NCBI RefSeq assembly: GCF_036971445.1
Contig: NC_091477.1
Coordinates: 81,840,001 to 81,904,000 of the forward strand
Reading direction: 5' to 3'
Length of the DNA stretch: 64,000 nucleotides
Origin: Narcine bancroftii
Lineage: Eukaryota
Positions within the stretch are counted from its first letter, which is position 1, and each line of letters begins with the position of its first letter. The notes under the pieces are model-generated. The model did not search any database. It saw only the letters and a list, made by a program, of their open reading frames with translations, and was not told the DNA's origin. The translations under genes and the position numbers were made by a program. Positions 24,229-37,810 of the stretch are shown piece after piece.

Positions 24229-24446
24229 ATCACCATGTGGAAAAACGCAGTCCTCCATACTGGCCTTACTCCACAAGTGATTTCTGGAGATACGTGGAAT
24301 ATTTCCGAAGCATTGGAGATTATGACAGGATCCAGCAGCTGGCCTACATTTTCTATGCTCATTTCCCACTCGGGAACAGTATGGGCTATGACACTCCAGA
24401 ACAACAGGAAATACAAACTGAAATTGCAAAGGAGGCACACGAGTAA
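24229..24446 (+). CDS. OTOS: Otospiralin terminal coding exon
   Basis: PYWPYSTSDFWRYVEYFRSIGDYDRIQQLAYIFYAHFPLGNSMGY is the otospiralin signature. Acceptor TTATTTAG. The spliced CDS is 303 nt, or 100 aa. Confidence 0.95.
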
Positions 24447-24495
24447 GGAAAAAAAATGCGAGGGAACTCAGTTAGTCTAACACAAAAGTAAATAG

Positions 24496-24516
24496 AATAA
24501 ACTTAATATGAATAAA
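24496..24516 (+). terminator. Candidate OTOS polyadenylation signals
   Basis: AATAAA at 24496 and at 24511, shortly after the stop codon. Confidence 0.5.
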
Positions 24517-25243
24517 GTTACTTTAACATTATAATCTGCCTTATCCACCTGTTGCATTTATGTAGTGTTATAATTGTAATATACATATATATTAATAAAT
24601 AATCACATTATATAATCCCCCTGCATTGTGCAAAGCGTTTGCTTATAGAATTTGCATCTTTATTTTGTCAAAAAAATAATTTGTTTTAATGATTGTGACT
24701 TAAATTGGATTTATGAACCCATTAGAGGATTGTAACAACATTAATTATTGAAAGGGACTCTATTTCTTGTCAACACAATTTTTTTTAAAGTTCAGAATCA
24801 ATTAGCCAGTGTGCATCGACTGATTTCTTTCTAACTTGCTATAATAAAATATTATCACTTAATGAATGGATTTAATATTATATATAAATGTAAACAGCTC
24901 TTTCAATGAAGATATATTGTTCCTTTAGTTACATAGAACTGCATTTTATTGGCTGGTTTCATATAATTTGTACTCAGTGATGCATAGAAATAGGCCACAA
25001 TTATAACGCACGTGCGTGTGTGTGCGTGTTTGTTTGCTATCTTGCAAAATAAAAATATTGAATGTGCACATTTCCCAAAGCCTATTAACCATGTACAATT
25101 TCATTGGAATATTCCCAATACTTAATGCTCTTAAATAGTAGGTATATTCGTTAAAGCCAGTTGCAAAACCATAATAATTATGATGTTCATTGTAAAATGT
25201 CATCAGCCAACACTTAGCCGATACTCAGTTGAGAACTCTTCTT

Positions 25244-25746
25244 TCTTCTTTTCTTTGGCTTGGCTTTGCGGACGAAGATTTATGGAGGGGTAATGTCCAC
25301 GTCAGCTGCAGGCTCTTTGTGGCTGACAAGTCCGATGCGGGACAGGCAGACACGGTTGCAGCGGTTGCAAGGGAAAATTGGTGGGTTGGGGTTGGATGTT
25401 GGGTTTTTCCTCCTTTGTCTTTTGTCAGTGAGGTGGGCTCTGTGGTCTTCTTCAAAGGAGGTTGCTGCCCGCTGAACTGTGAGGCGCCAAGATGCACGGT
25501 TGGAGGCGATATCAGCCCACTGGCGGTGGTCAATGTGGCAGACACCAAGAGATTTCTTTAGGCAGTCCTTGTACCTCTTCTTTGGTGCACCTCTGTCACG
25601 GTGGCCAGTGGAGAGCTCGCCATATAACACGATCTTAGGAAGGCGATGGACCTCCATTCTGGAGACGTGACCTGCCCAGCGCAGTTAGATCTTCAGCAGC
25701 GTGGATTCGATGCTGTCGGTTTCTGCCATCTCGAGTACTTCAATGT
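25244..25746 (-). mobile_element. 5'-truncated RTE LINE (about 500 bp)
   Basis: HRLPKIVLYGELSTGHRDRGAPKKRYKD; highly similar to 45481-45985. Confidence 0.92.
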
Positions 25747-25919
25747 CCCTGCTTGAACACTTATTCACATGTAATGCTATGGGGATCATCATTTACTCTT
25801 AATATTTCTCCTTTTAAGATAGTTCACTCATCAGATTCCCTTTAAGATTATTTATAAGTAATTTATTTATTTAGAATAAGTTAATTTCTAAATGTTACCA
25901 AAAGAGAATAGATTAAAAA

Positions 25920-26190
25920 AAATTGGAATGAAACGAGGTGGGTGGGGGGCGGCGGTAGAGACATCAGCGTAAGATTTTTACACTGTGAGTTGTGGGTGCC
26001 TGGAATGCCTTTCCAGGGATGATGGTGGTACCTGTCTAAGAGTCTCTTAAATGCCTCTAATGTTTCAGTTTCCACCACCACCACCCCTCGAAAGACATTC
26101 CATGAATGTAAAAAAAAGGGATTATGAGGCAGAAAAGGTTTTAAATTTTTTTAGGTCGGCACAATATTGAGCGTTAGGATTCTATTTTCT
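25920..26190 (+). mobile_element. CR1 3' end with an internal inversion
   Basis: VVVETETLEAFKRLLDRY is encoded on the minus strand, inside an otherwise plus-strand CR1 tail. Confidence 0.6.
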
Positions 26191-28023
26191 AAAAAATTCT
26201 TGCCTTTCCCAGAAGGTGAAAGTAATTATTTAATTAGGCTGCCTAAGTATTTTCCTCTGCAGTTTGCAATTTGAAATAAAAATGTAAATATATCTTAGGC
26301 TCTTCCAGTGCACCACTCTAATGTAAATTCAGTGGATATGTGTCAAATGGAGGGGAAGATTGAGTGGGACCCAGGAAAATTAGATACTGTAGTTTCTGGG
26401 TACAAGCCTGATTTTGGAACGTACAATAGGAAGAATGCCCACCCATTCATTTTGAAACCAGGAAGAGGAAGAAGCATGGATGGACGGTACAGTCAATGAG
26501 TTTCAATGCCCATTTGCTAGGCCAGAGATGTATGCAGGCCACCCTACTCAGAGGTGCCATGAGAGCCCAAGCAAGAAGAAAAAGACAAAATTTTCCCATA
26601 AACTGTTGAATTCTTTCTAATATGACCACCTATGTGTGCAAACTAATGATGGCACAACTTACAATAATCATTAATGACTTCAGCAGGTGCACAGCAACCT
26701 CCCTCCAAAATATGTTAAGTCATTCATGACATCAGTCGGCAAACATTGCTGAATCGACTCCATGAATGCAAATTTTAAGATCATGGCTGTGGCTTGAGCA
26801 TTTAACCTCAGTTTAACCACATATTGCAAAAGAACCCACTGGCTATGCTATTTAAATGAATAATCACACAAATTTTAGTTAATTTCTGGCTATTTTTATT
26901 GACTGCTAATTCAAAAAGATGAAGAATTTATAGAAAATGAAGTGATGGGTTCAGTAGACCTTTAACTGAACACAATCTGCTAGAGAAACTCAGGAGTCAA
27001 ACAGCTCCAGTGGGAGAAAAAGAATGGTCAGCGTTTCAGGTAGGATTTCAGTATTGACCATTTTTCTTCTCCCTCTAATGCTACTCCACCAGGTTGTGTT
27101 CCTCCTGAAGATTGTGTTTGGCTTCAGATTCCAGCATCTGTATTCTCCTGTTTGTCTTCAGTCAGACTCTATCTGGGTTCCTTGGAAGGATGCTTCCCTG
27201 TGATGTGCATGCATAAGAGGGCATTCCCCCTGGATAGTAATAGCCTGAGTATAGGAGCAGAGAACCTGCGGAGGAGCCAGGCCTAATAGAGAGAGGAAAG
27301 AAATGGTTCTCAGCCAGTAACCAATGATCAGAGAGGTTCTTTGCTGAGTGATTCTCCAATCTGAACTTCAGCAGAATTATTGTTTGAAGGGTTTGGTCTT
27401 CACAAAGTCAACCCTACTAAAAGTGACCACAACCTAGCCCCAAATTCAACCTCTGAACAAGGTGAGGAATAATTTGGTAAGATCACTAGAGCTCTCTGCT
27501 TCACAGTTTTTCACCACGCTGCATAAAGTGTTCAAAGAGAGAGCCAAGTATTTTCCATACTTCTTGTCAAAAAGCAGCAGGCAGGATTTGTCTGAGTTTT
27601 AAGCTCTTAGGTACAGGGCTCTGTTAATCATATAGCTGCTACATTCTGTCAATGCTAAGATGTACTGAAAGTAAAGAAACAATTCCAGACACTCAGTATA
27701 ATGGAGGCAGCTATGATATCTTCATGCTGAACAATTGCCTGGCCATCTACATTTGAGCAACACAGCCATGGCTGAAGGTTTATAAAATCTATCTACTGAA
27801 GATATAGCTCATTCCTCCTTGCCTATTCTGTACAGTGAGTATAACATTGCCACACAATTGCTCAAACACTGACATCACTGTCTGAAATTCCCTAAAGGAA
27901 CCAAGTGATACTTCGCAGAGTTGATCTTAGGATATGTGGTGGATTCTTGTCTTCTGCAAAATTTTGCTTGGCACCAGTTGTACAATGGATTTCTGTTTAG
28001 TGGGACAAGGAGATGGCAATCCC

Positions 28024-29469
28024 AGACAATATGCGCCAAACAACTAGCCGGAGTGTTCACAGACATCTTCAACCTCTCATTGTGACAGTCAAATACTCCC
28101 ACCAGCTTCAAAAGGGCATCAATTATCCCAGTACCCAAGAATAGTAGCAATGGAGAGTCTCATTGACTGCAGACCAGAAGCACTAACTTCTGCTGTGACA
28201 AAATGCTTTGAGAGGCTGGTCATGGCCCAAATTAACACATACCTAATTAAAGATCTGGACTCACTGCAATTTGCCTATCATCACAATCGCTCCATGGCAG
28301 AGCAAATATCACTGGCTCTCCACTCAGCTCTGGACCACCTTGAAAACAGCAACTCATACATTTAGTTGCTCTTCATTGACTACAGCTCGGCCTTCAATAG
28401 CATCATTCTGTCAGTGCTGGTCAAGAAACTACAAACTCTAGGCCTCTGTACCCCCCCTCTGCCACTGGATACTTGACTTTCTCATCAGAAGACCACAGTC
28501 AGTGCAAATTGGAAACAACGTCTCCTCCTCACTGATCATCAATACAGGTCCACCCCAAGAATGCGTGCTCAGCCCACTGCTCTGCTCGTTATATACCCAT
28601 GATTGTGTGGCCAGGCACAATTCCAATGCCATCTACAAGTTTGACAATGACACCAGAGTTGCTGGCAGAATCAAAATGGCAATGAGGAAGCATACGAGAG
28701 GAAGGTATATTAGCTCGTTGAATGGTATAAAGACAACAACTTTGCACTCAACAAGAGCAAAACCAAGGGGATGATTGTGGACTTCAAGAGGAAGTCAGGG
28801 GAACATGACCCAGTCCTCATCGTGGGCTCAGTAGTGGAGAGGGTCAAGAACTTCAAATGCATGGGTGTCAACATCTCCGAGGATCTGTCCTGAAGCCTCC
28901 ACATTGAGGCAATCACAAAGAAGGCTCACCAGCAGTTATACTTGCAAGGTGTCTGAGAGGGTTTGGTATCTCACCAAAAACTCTCAAAATCTTCTACAGG
29001 TATACTATGGAGAGCATTCTGGCTGGTTGCATCACTGCCTGGTATAGAGATGCCAACTCTCAGGACAAGAGGGTTGTTAACTTGCCTGCGACATCATAGG
29101 CACCAGACTTCACTCCATTAAGGACATCTACAGGAGGGAGTGTCTTAAAAAAAATCAGCCTCTATCCTCAAAGACCCCAACCACCCAGGCCATGCCCTCT
29201 TCACTTTGCTACCATTAGGAAAAAGGTAAAGGAGCCTAAAGATGAGCACTCAATGGCACAAGGACAGCTTCTTCCCCGTTGCCATCAGATTCCTGAATAA
29301 TCAATAAACCAAAGGTACTGCCTTACTTTTCATGAACTATTATTTTTATTATTTTATTTTTATAGTAATGTTGTAAGATGGTTATAATATGAATCTTTGC
29401 TCTGTGATGCTGCCACAAATCACCGAATTTCATGACTTGTTATTGACAATAATCCTAATTCTGATTCTA
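28024..29469 (+). mobile_element. Rex1/Babar-like LINE, RT region and 3' end
   Basis: [35 protein letters not shown] and YKFDNDT, with a (ATTCTG)-type tail. Confidence 0.88.
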
Positions 29470-29639
29470 CTTAGACTGACTGCAAACAATTCATCTCACA
29501 TCAATAATTTTAAAAATCCTAATTTTCATTCACCAAGAGTCCTACTTCCACTCCCTTCTCCTGCTGAAAACCACAGTGATAGTATGAATATGATACGAAG
29601 ACAGAAATCAATGGAAATAAACATGTGCCAAAATTATGA

Positions 29640-30710
29640 ATCAACATCTGCCAATTTCCATACAAATATTCAGTTTATGCATGAGGATATGAGTTGGAAC
29701 ATCATGTTACAGTGGTTCAAACCATTGGATAGGCTGTAGTTGCAGTCTACACTTTTGGAAAGGTATGATTGATGAAGAGAGAGTGCAGAAAAGATTCAGA
29801 GGAATCTTGCAGGGATAGGAGAGATTGGAAATGCTGGGACAGATTTCCCTGGAGTAAAAGAGGCTAAGGGATTACTTTCTCGAGCAATTGTTCTTTCTAC
29901 TCACATACCACTTTGAGTAATCCCTATGCCATCAGTGCTCTGTGATTAGTAAGGTGGTACGTGAGTGGGAAGGGAAAGCTGAGAATCACTGCTCTAGACC
30001 CAATTGTTCCTGAAATATTTTGCTTGAGAAAAATTGTCATTGGCCCATTTCCTTTGGAGTAATGAAACCACGCACATAAATAGGTATGATTAAAACAGTG
30101 GTTTTCAACCATTTTCTTTCCACCCATATACCACCGTAAGCAATCCCTTACTAAACACGGAGCATCCATGGCATAGGGAATACTTTAAATGGTATGTGAG
30201 TGGTAAGAAAAAGGTTGAGAACCACTGGTCTAGAGGTTTATAGAATGATGATGGGCATAGATAAAGCAAAGGGTCACAGACCATTTCCAGAGAAGGTGAG
30301 TATAAAACTAAAGGCCATAGGTTTTAGGTGAGGAGGTAAGATTTCAAAGGAATCTGAGGGAGCAAACCTTTCACCCACAGGATGATGAAATGGTAGAGGC
30401 ACTTACAATTATATTTAAAATTCACTTGGACACCTTTCCCCAGGGCAGCAGTGGCCTAAAGGACATCTGATCACTTCCCACATGAGCGGAGGAACATTTA
30501 GAGGAAATGTCAAGGATAGGTTTTTTACACAGAGAGTGCTGGGTGCCTGGAATGCACTGCCAGAGATAGTGATTGAGGCTGATACAATCGGGATATTTAA
30601 AAGACTCTTAGATAGGCACATGGATGTGAGAAAAATAGAGGGCTATGGACTATGAGAGAAGGAAGGGTTAGCCTGATCAGAGTGTAAGTTTATATGGGTT
30701 GGCAAAACAT
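29640..30710 (+). mobile_element. CR1 3' fragments hosting a MITE
   Basis: CR1-type C-terminal sequence (GAWNALPEIVIEADTIGIFKRLLDRHM). Confidence 0.7.
29885..30227 (+). mobile_element. Composite hAT-type MITE, third copy
   Basis: Same architecture as 14389-14761. Flanking 8-mers TTCTCGAG / GTCTAGAG match at 6 of 8. The left TIR is partly deleted. Confidence 0.85.
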
Positions 30711-31844
30711 TTCAATTATTTGCTGCTTTTATTTCACCTTTCCAGCACCCACAGCTTTTTGCTCCTGTATTGACAAATGAACTGCTTTTCTCTCTCCACA
30801 AACTTTGATTTTTATTATTTATTTTCACACACAAAATTTCATTGCTCCCTCATCCACCGGTATTCGCCTGATCATATGGTAATGGAACATCAATGAATGT
30901 AGGGTACTACACTATTTGGAATTGAATAAGATGAATCATTTGGTTGCTAGTCCTGACATTGAAAATATCATCACTGAAATTACAAGAGGATAGCTAATAG
31001 AACTGAGTGCTCTCACCAGACAATTCACTGAGTTAGAACCTTTCTTTCTCCGGATCCTGCAATGGGTATTTTCTGGGAGTTTCAGATTAATCTTACATGG
31101 CTCAGTGTTGTGAATCACTCAATAGTGGAAGAAACATGAGAGTCAAATTATTCTGCTTCCACATCTTATTTGCTAATGTCATTTATCTTATTGGTACAAA
31201 TTGTTGCAACTGGCCTATGGCATTTCACATGAACAAAATCTAATATTGATCTGGCTTCTTCTTTGAATTGTTATGGCACTGAGCGGGGTGGGGGTTGGTG
31301 ACGGTGCTGAGAGTGGGTTAGTGGTGGCGCTGAGAGTGGAGTGGCTGTTGTGCTGAGGTGTGTGGGGGGGAGGGAGGTTGTAGTGATGCCAGTGCAACAT
31401 GTGGCTACTGAGACCAGCTCGTTTGTTTTGCTGCCACCCTGACTCTGGCCAGAAAATTACTGTACTGGCTTCTTCATGAAACTTTGCAGCAAACTGAATA
31501 ATGAAAAGACTGAAATTTTGGAACGCCCCCTTTTCCCTCATTGCCCCTTTGGATTTTTCCATTGCCCACAGGGGGGAGGCAGCACCTACTTTGGGAATCT
31601 CTAAGCTACAGGGACATTTTTACAGCATGCGTAAATTGGGCTGAAGGGTCTATTCTGATAGATTAACTAACCTGAAATGTCAGTAGACAGTTCACTGAAT
31701 GGAATGAATATATGCTGTAGATAAAGAAATGGTAGATATGCTGTATTTTGATTTCCAGAAAGAATTCATTAAGTTGCCACTTCAATGGTTATTGTAGAAA
31801 ATAAAAGCTCATGATATTAGAAGGAACATACAGGAGTAAAAGAT

Positions 31845-32555
31845 GAAAGTCTGCAAATACTGAGGTTAATGTAAATTCATAATTCTGGAGAAACTCAGCT
31901 GGTCAAAAGCGTACTTTATATTGTAAAGATAAAGGTACATAACCAATGTTTCTGACTTGAGCCCTTTATCAAGGTATGAAAAAAAATAGGCAGGTGACAA
32001 ACAGAATGGTGGGTGGTGGGGGGAGGAGCACAGTTCCACAGGCAGGATATAAATGGGTAAAGGAGGGAGTGCACACCAGCAAGCAGGGGAGGAGGAATGG
32101 TGAGGGAATGGGGTGGAGACCTGGAAGAAAGAAAACAATGGGAAAGGGAAGGGAGAATGGATCAGGGGTGCAGTGCTGCAGGAGCTCCACTCTGGCACCT
32201 CAGGGGGCTGCTCCAGGCCCCTCCTTGTTGCCATTTTTGGTGAGCTCCTGCACCTAAAAAATTAGCCCTGCACCACTGGAACAGAGAGGAGGCGAGCAGA
32301 AACCTGAGAAGTCAATGTTAATGCCATCTGGTTGGAGAGTGCCCAGATGGAAAGTAAAATGTTGTCCCTCCAATTTACAGGTGGTCTTGGTGGAATAGTA
32401 TGAGGCCATGGACAGACATGAGCATGGAAGTGGGGCGCAGAATGGAGGACTGAGTGTCCGGTCCTCAGTAGGGGCCCTAGGCTCAAGCCCGAAGTGTTAG
32501 TTCTGTATCTTTATCTTTGACCAGCGGAGTTTCTCCAGCATTGAGGTTTTACTTC
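31845..32555. mobile_element. Penelope-like fragment with inverted terminal copies
   Basis: CTGGAGAAACTCAGCTGGTCAAA near 31886 recurs inverted (TTTGACCAGCGGAGTTTCTCCAG) near 32516. Confidence 0.55.
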
Positions 32556-33069
32556 AGGTTCCACTGTGGAATAAAGATTGCATGTTCATGCACTGAGGTT
32601 GCTGGAAATTTTTGAGAAACTGCCCCACGTGTTCAGGTTTAAATCTTTTAACATATAACATGTGACATCATTGGTCCTGGTCTCAACCCTTTTGATGTCC
32701 GTAGAAACACGGTGGCTCTGGCCAGAAATGGGGATGATGAGGTTTTAGTACTTAGTAAGTTTTAAGATGTGATATTGAGGGGCAACAAGCCTGAACGCAT
32801 CTTGAAGGTTTTGTTATCTATTTCACTCTAAAATTATTTCTTTGTAACAACTCTCAGATACCCATTAACGACAGGACAATCCATATGACTCGCGCCTTCC
32901 TTCACCTCTACTGCCAATCTTATCTGCAAAATAAATGATCCTTTAATTTAATTGCAGATGTGACGTGTCCTTCCCAATAAAAGAGCCCCCACAGATTCGG
33001 CTTCCCCGGCGGAGGGGATTTGCTGGCTCTCGCCGACGTCTTTGCTAGGCCCTTTTCTCCGCGGTGCGA

Positions 33070-33147
33070 GTTTCCGGGGGGACGGGTTTCCGGGGGGACG
33101 GGTTTCCGGGGGGACGGGTTTCCGGGGGACGAGATTCCGGGGGACAA
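33070..33147 (+). repeat. Minisatellite, 5 units of 15-16 bp (GTTTCCGGGGGGACGG)
   Basis: Units start at 33070, 33086, 33102, 33118 and 33133; the first three are identical. Confidence 0.95.
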
Positions 33148-33161
33148 GGGACGACACATAA

Positions 33162-33368
<207 letters not shown>

Positions 33369-33589
33369 TGAGCAGGACTCAGAGAAAAGGGGAGTCGAGG
33401 AGGAGTTGTGGAGGTGGAGGAGGGGGGGGTGTTTCGGAAATCTCGATGTAGCTTCATCCCAGAACAAGGCCGAGTGCAGGAATTGGGTATGGTGGTAAGA
33501 AGATGCGTCTATTTACATTACCAGGGCTAGATTCTGCGAAGAAGAGCTCCAGAACTATTCACAGAGGTCGGGGAAGGGAACATTTTTCT

Positions 33590-35110
33590 TTCCATAGAAC
33601 ATTACAGCACAGAAACAGGACCCTTCTAGACTATGTCCTCCATATCTCTCCCATCCACATACTTGCCCAATTTCCTCTTACCTGTTCACTTCAGTTTGTT
33701 CCACACCCCCCACCACTCTGTTTGAAGAAGTTCCCCCTAAACTTTCCCCTGTTCACCCTTAACCGAGGTCCTCTGGTTTGTACCTCACCTCCCCTTAGTG
33801 GGAGGAAAAAAACCTATTTGCATTTATTCTATCTATGCTCTCACAATTTTAAATAACTATCAAATCTCTCCTCATTCTTCTGTGCTCCAGGGAATAAACT
33901 GTTTAACTCATGTAACTCAGTTCCTGAAGTCTGGGCAACATCCTACTCTCTGCACTCTTTCTATCTTATTGATATGTTTCCTGTAGTTAGGTGACCAAAA
34001 CTGTAAATTTGGCCTCACCAATGTCTTGTACAACTTTAACATAACATCCCAACTCCTGTACTCAGTACTTTGATTTATGAAGGCCAATATGCCAAAAACT
34101 CTTTATTACTCTATCTACTGTGACACCACTTTCAGGGAATTGTGTATCTATATTCCCAGATTCCTCTGTTCTATCACACTCCTCAATGTCCTTTCTTGGT
34201 TTGTCAGATAAGCAATTATTCTCTCTGCCATTGTCAAATCCAGTTCATTACTTCACCATGAATACCTAGAGTCTGAACCTTCCTGACTAACCTCCCATGC
34301 GGGACTTTGTCAGAGGCCTTAGTAAAGTCCATGTAGACAACATCTACAGCCTTTCCTTTGTCAACTTTCCTGGTAACCTAGAAAAACTTTTAAGACCTAC
34401 CACGTACAAAGTCATGTTGACTATCCCTAATCAGTCTATGGCTATCCAAAAAATTGTATATTCAATCTCTTGAAACACTTTCCAGTAATTTAACTACTCT
34501 GACATCATGTTCACTGGCTTATAATTTCCAGGGTTACTTTTGGAGCCTCTTTAAACAACAGAAACATGTGAGCTACTCTCCAATCCTCTGGCACCACACC
34601 CATGGCTAAAGACATTTTAAATATTTTTGCCAGAGCCCCTGCAATTTCTACACTAGCTTCCCTCAAGGCCTGAGGGAATATCTTGTCAGGCTCTGGGGAT
34701 TTGTCCACCCTTATTTGCTTTAAGACAGCAAGTACTTCCTCCTCTTTAATCTGTATGGATTCCATGACCTCACTGCTTTCTTTCCTTACTTCCCACAACT
34801 CTGTGAATACTGATGTGGGGGTGGAGGGGGGGAACACTTAAGATCGTTCCCATCTTTTTTTGCTCCATTCAAAGCTGACTCTCTGATCTTCAAGGGGACC
34901 AGTTTTGTCCCTTACTATCCTTTTCCTTTTAATATACCTGTAGAAACCCTAAGGATTTTCCTTCATGTTGTTTGCCAAAGCAACCTCATGCTTTCTTTTA
35001 GTCTTCCTGATTTCTTTCTTAAGGTTTGTCTGCATTTTCATTTGCTCCATGTTGCGTATACCTGTTATGTACCTCTCTCTTCCGAATCAAGGCTCCCTAT
35101 ATGCTCTCAG
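33590..35110 (-). mobile_element. CR1 LINE remnant in COPS9 intron 1
   Basis: VDKSPEPDKIFPQALREASVEIAGAL...VPEDWRVA, with a CATAGAA-type tail near 33592. Confidence 0.85.
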
Positions 35111-35289
35111 CTTGCCATTGTTATATATTTTTCACTTTTATATTTTGTTCATTGTTATTGTATGTTCACCTTTTTATTATTTTTCCGTTAAAAGAAACTT
35201 ACACCAATGTTATTAGAATTCAAATTCACAGGTACCAGCCCAATGAGTTGTTGAAATGGACATTCTTAATTTGAGATCGCTACAGTTGA

Positions 35290-35691
<402 letters not shown>

Positions 35692-36164
35692 TGAGGCAAA
35701 TTTCAAACGAGATATGAGAAAATGTCCCACACTATTTGAGTCAAACCATTCTCGCTATCAAAATTTCCCAGCTAGTCAACATTGCCTTGGTTAAAGGAAT
35801 GCTAATCTATTTTGGACTAAATTAAAGAAATGACCAATTTGCAACACTTTAATTTACTAATGTTTACAAAATTTGAATGCTCATGTCTTTTGCATTTCTG
35901 ACTGGTCACTGGAATTTGTTTTTCATCTTGATTTACTCCAGATAACCCTTTTGAGAGAAAAAGAAAATGTTTCTTTTGAGAAAATGCCCAGTGAGACAGT
36001 TTCTCGATATATCCATGACTTGGGGTGTTCACTTGCTATTAGTACCCTTGCTATTAGTATTGTTCAAAGCTAAAGGGGAGATGCTGGTAGTTGAATTGCT
36101 AAGTGAATGGTGTATGTGTTGCTTTTGTAATCAAAGATTTATGTAAATTTGCAAAAGTCTAATG

Positions 36165-37250
36165 TAGTTTATTTATATAGCACATTTTAAAACACTCAAG
36201 TTGACCAAAGTGCTGTACAGATCTTAAATTACATCTCAACTTGAGCAGCTATTTAAAGTGCAGTGTAAATTGAGTACCTGAGGTTCAGAATTGTTCATAC
36301 AACATGGTAACAGTCACCTCAAAATGCTTGTGAATTAAAAAAAAACAACTTCAACTTGGATTTAAGAGTTAGAGGATGGCTGATTTGAGGAGGGAGGAAT
36401 GTTGTTCCACACTTTGGGGGGAGTGCAATAGAGAAGGCGTGATCTCCCCTGAGTTTGCGATTTGAGCACGGAACAACTAAACACCCTAAATTTGGCAGAT
36501 CTGATGGGTATTGAAGTAGGAGATCAGTTACGTAGGAAGGGGCTAGTCCATTGATGGCTTTGTAAACAAACTGGAGAACTTTAAAATTAGCCTGAGCTGT
36601 GCTGGCAGCCAGTGGAGGGAGGCCAGAATAGTGACGATGTGGTCCCTTTTCTTGGCTCTTGTCAGGAGCCTGGCTGCAGCAGTTGCAGATGGGATAATGA
36701 CCACTGACTAATTCCTGTATATAGAAAGTTAGTTTTCTAAACAGGAGAAAATGAGGGCACGGATAACTTTTTTGAGATCTATCAGTGATGGGAATAATTT
36801 GATTTTGGCAATAGTGTGGAACTGGAAAAGGCTTTTACTGCTGCATTGATTTTTGTCAAACTTGAAGGTGGAATCAAATATCACACCAAGGGATTTGACA
36901 TGTGGTTTAATGAGGGTGGATAAGTTACCATTGGAGATAATTTTGGTGGAGTTGGGTGGCCAGATAGGATGATCTCAGATTTGGTTTCGTTTAGGTGGAG
37001 GATGTTTTGAGCCATCCAGCACTTTATCCTCCACAGTCATTGAGGCTGGTTTTCTTTGGGCTTCAGTGGGCAATAGAGCTGAGTATCATCAGCATAGCAG
37101 TGGAAGGGGGATGCCGTGCTTTTGGATGATATGGCCGAGGCAGCATGTATAAGGAGAAGAGAATGGGGGCCCAGAATAGACCTTTGTGGGACCCTGCAGG
37201 AAAGGGTAGCAGAGGAGGATGAAAATTTGCCCATATTGGCTTCCAATGGT
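36165..37250 (-). mobile_element. L2 LINE remnant
   Basis: VPQRSILGP and HCYADDTQLY RT motifs, with an L2-like 3' end. Confidence 0.8.
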
Positions 37251-37314
37251 AGTTTCGAAATGAATACATTGTTATTGAATTTGTCAGGTTAACTTGTTAT
37301 TATTAGTTATTGTT

Positions 37315-37810
37315 AGTACTCGAGATGGCAGAGGTCGACAGCATCGAGTCCACGCTGCTGAAGATCCAGCTGCGCTGGGTGGGTCACGTCTCCAGAATGG
37401 AGGACCATCGCCTTCCCAAGATCGTGTAATATGCCGAGCTCTCCACTGGCCACCGTGACAGAGGTGCACCAAAGAAAAGGTACAAGGACTGCCTAAAGAA
37501 ATCTCTTGGTGCCTGCCACATTGACCACCGCCAGTGGGCTGATAACGCCTCAAACCGTGCATCTTGGCGCCTCACAGTTTGGCGGGCAGCAACCTCCTTT
37601 GAAGAAGACCGCAGAGCCCACCTCACTGACAAAAGGCAAAGGAGGAAAAACCCAACACCCAACCCCAACCAACCAATTTTCCCCTGCAACCGCTGCAACC
37701 GTGTCTGCCTGTCCCGCATCGGACTTGTCAGCCACAAACGAGCCTGCAGCTGACGTGGACATTTACCCCCTCCATAAATCTTCGTCCGCAAAGCCAAGCC
37801 AAAGAAAAAA
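37315..37810 (+). mobile_element. 5'-truncated RTE LINE (about 500 bp)
   Basis: Reverse complement of 45481-45975 with few substitutions. Confidence 0.92.

Noticed and set aside
33070-33147. CRISPR-like array
   Set aside because: These are head-to-tail repeats without spacers, in a eukaryotic context with no cas genes.
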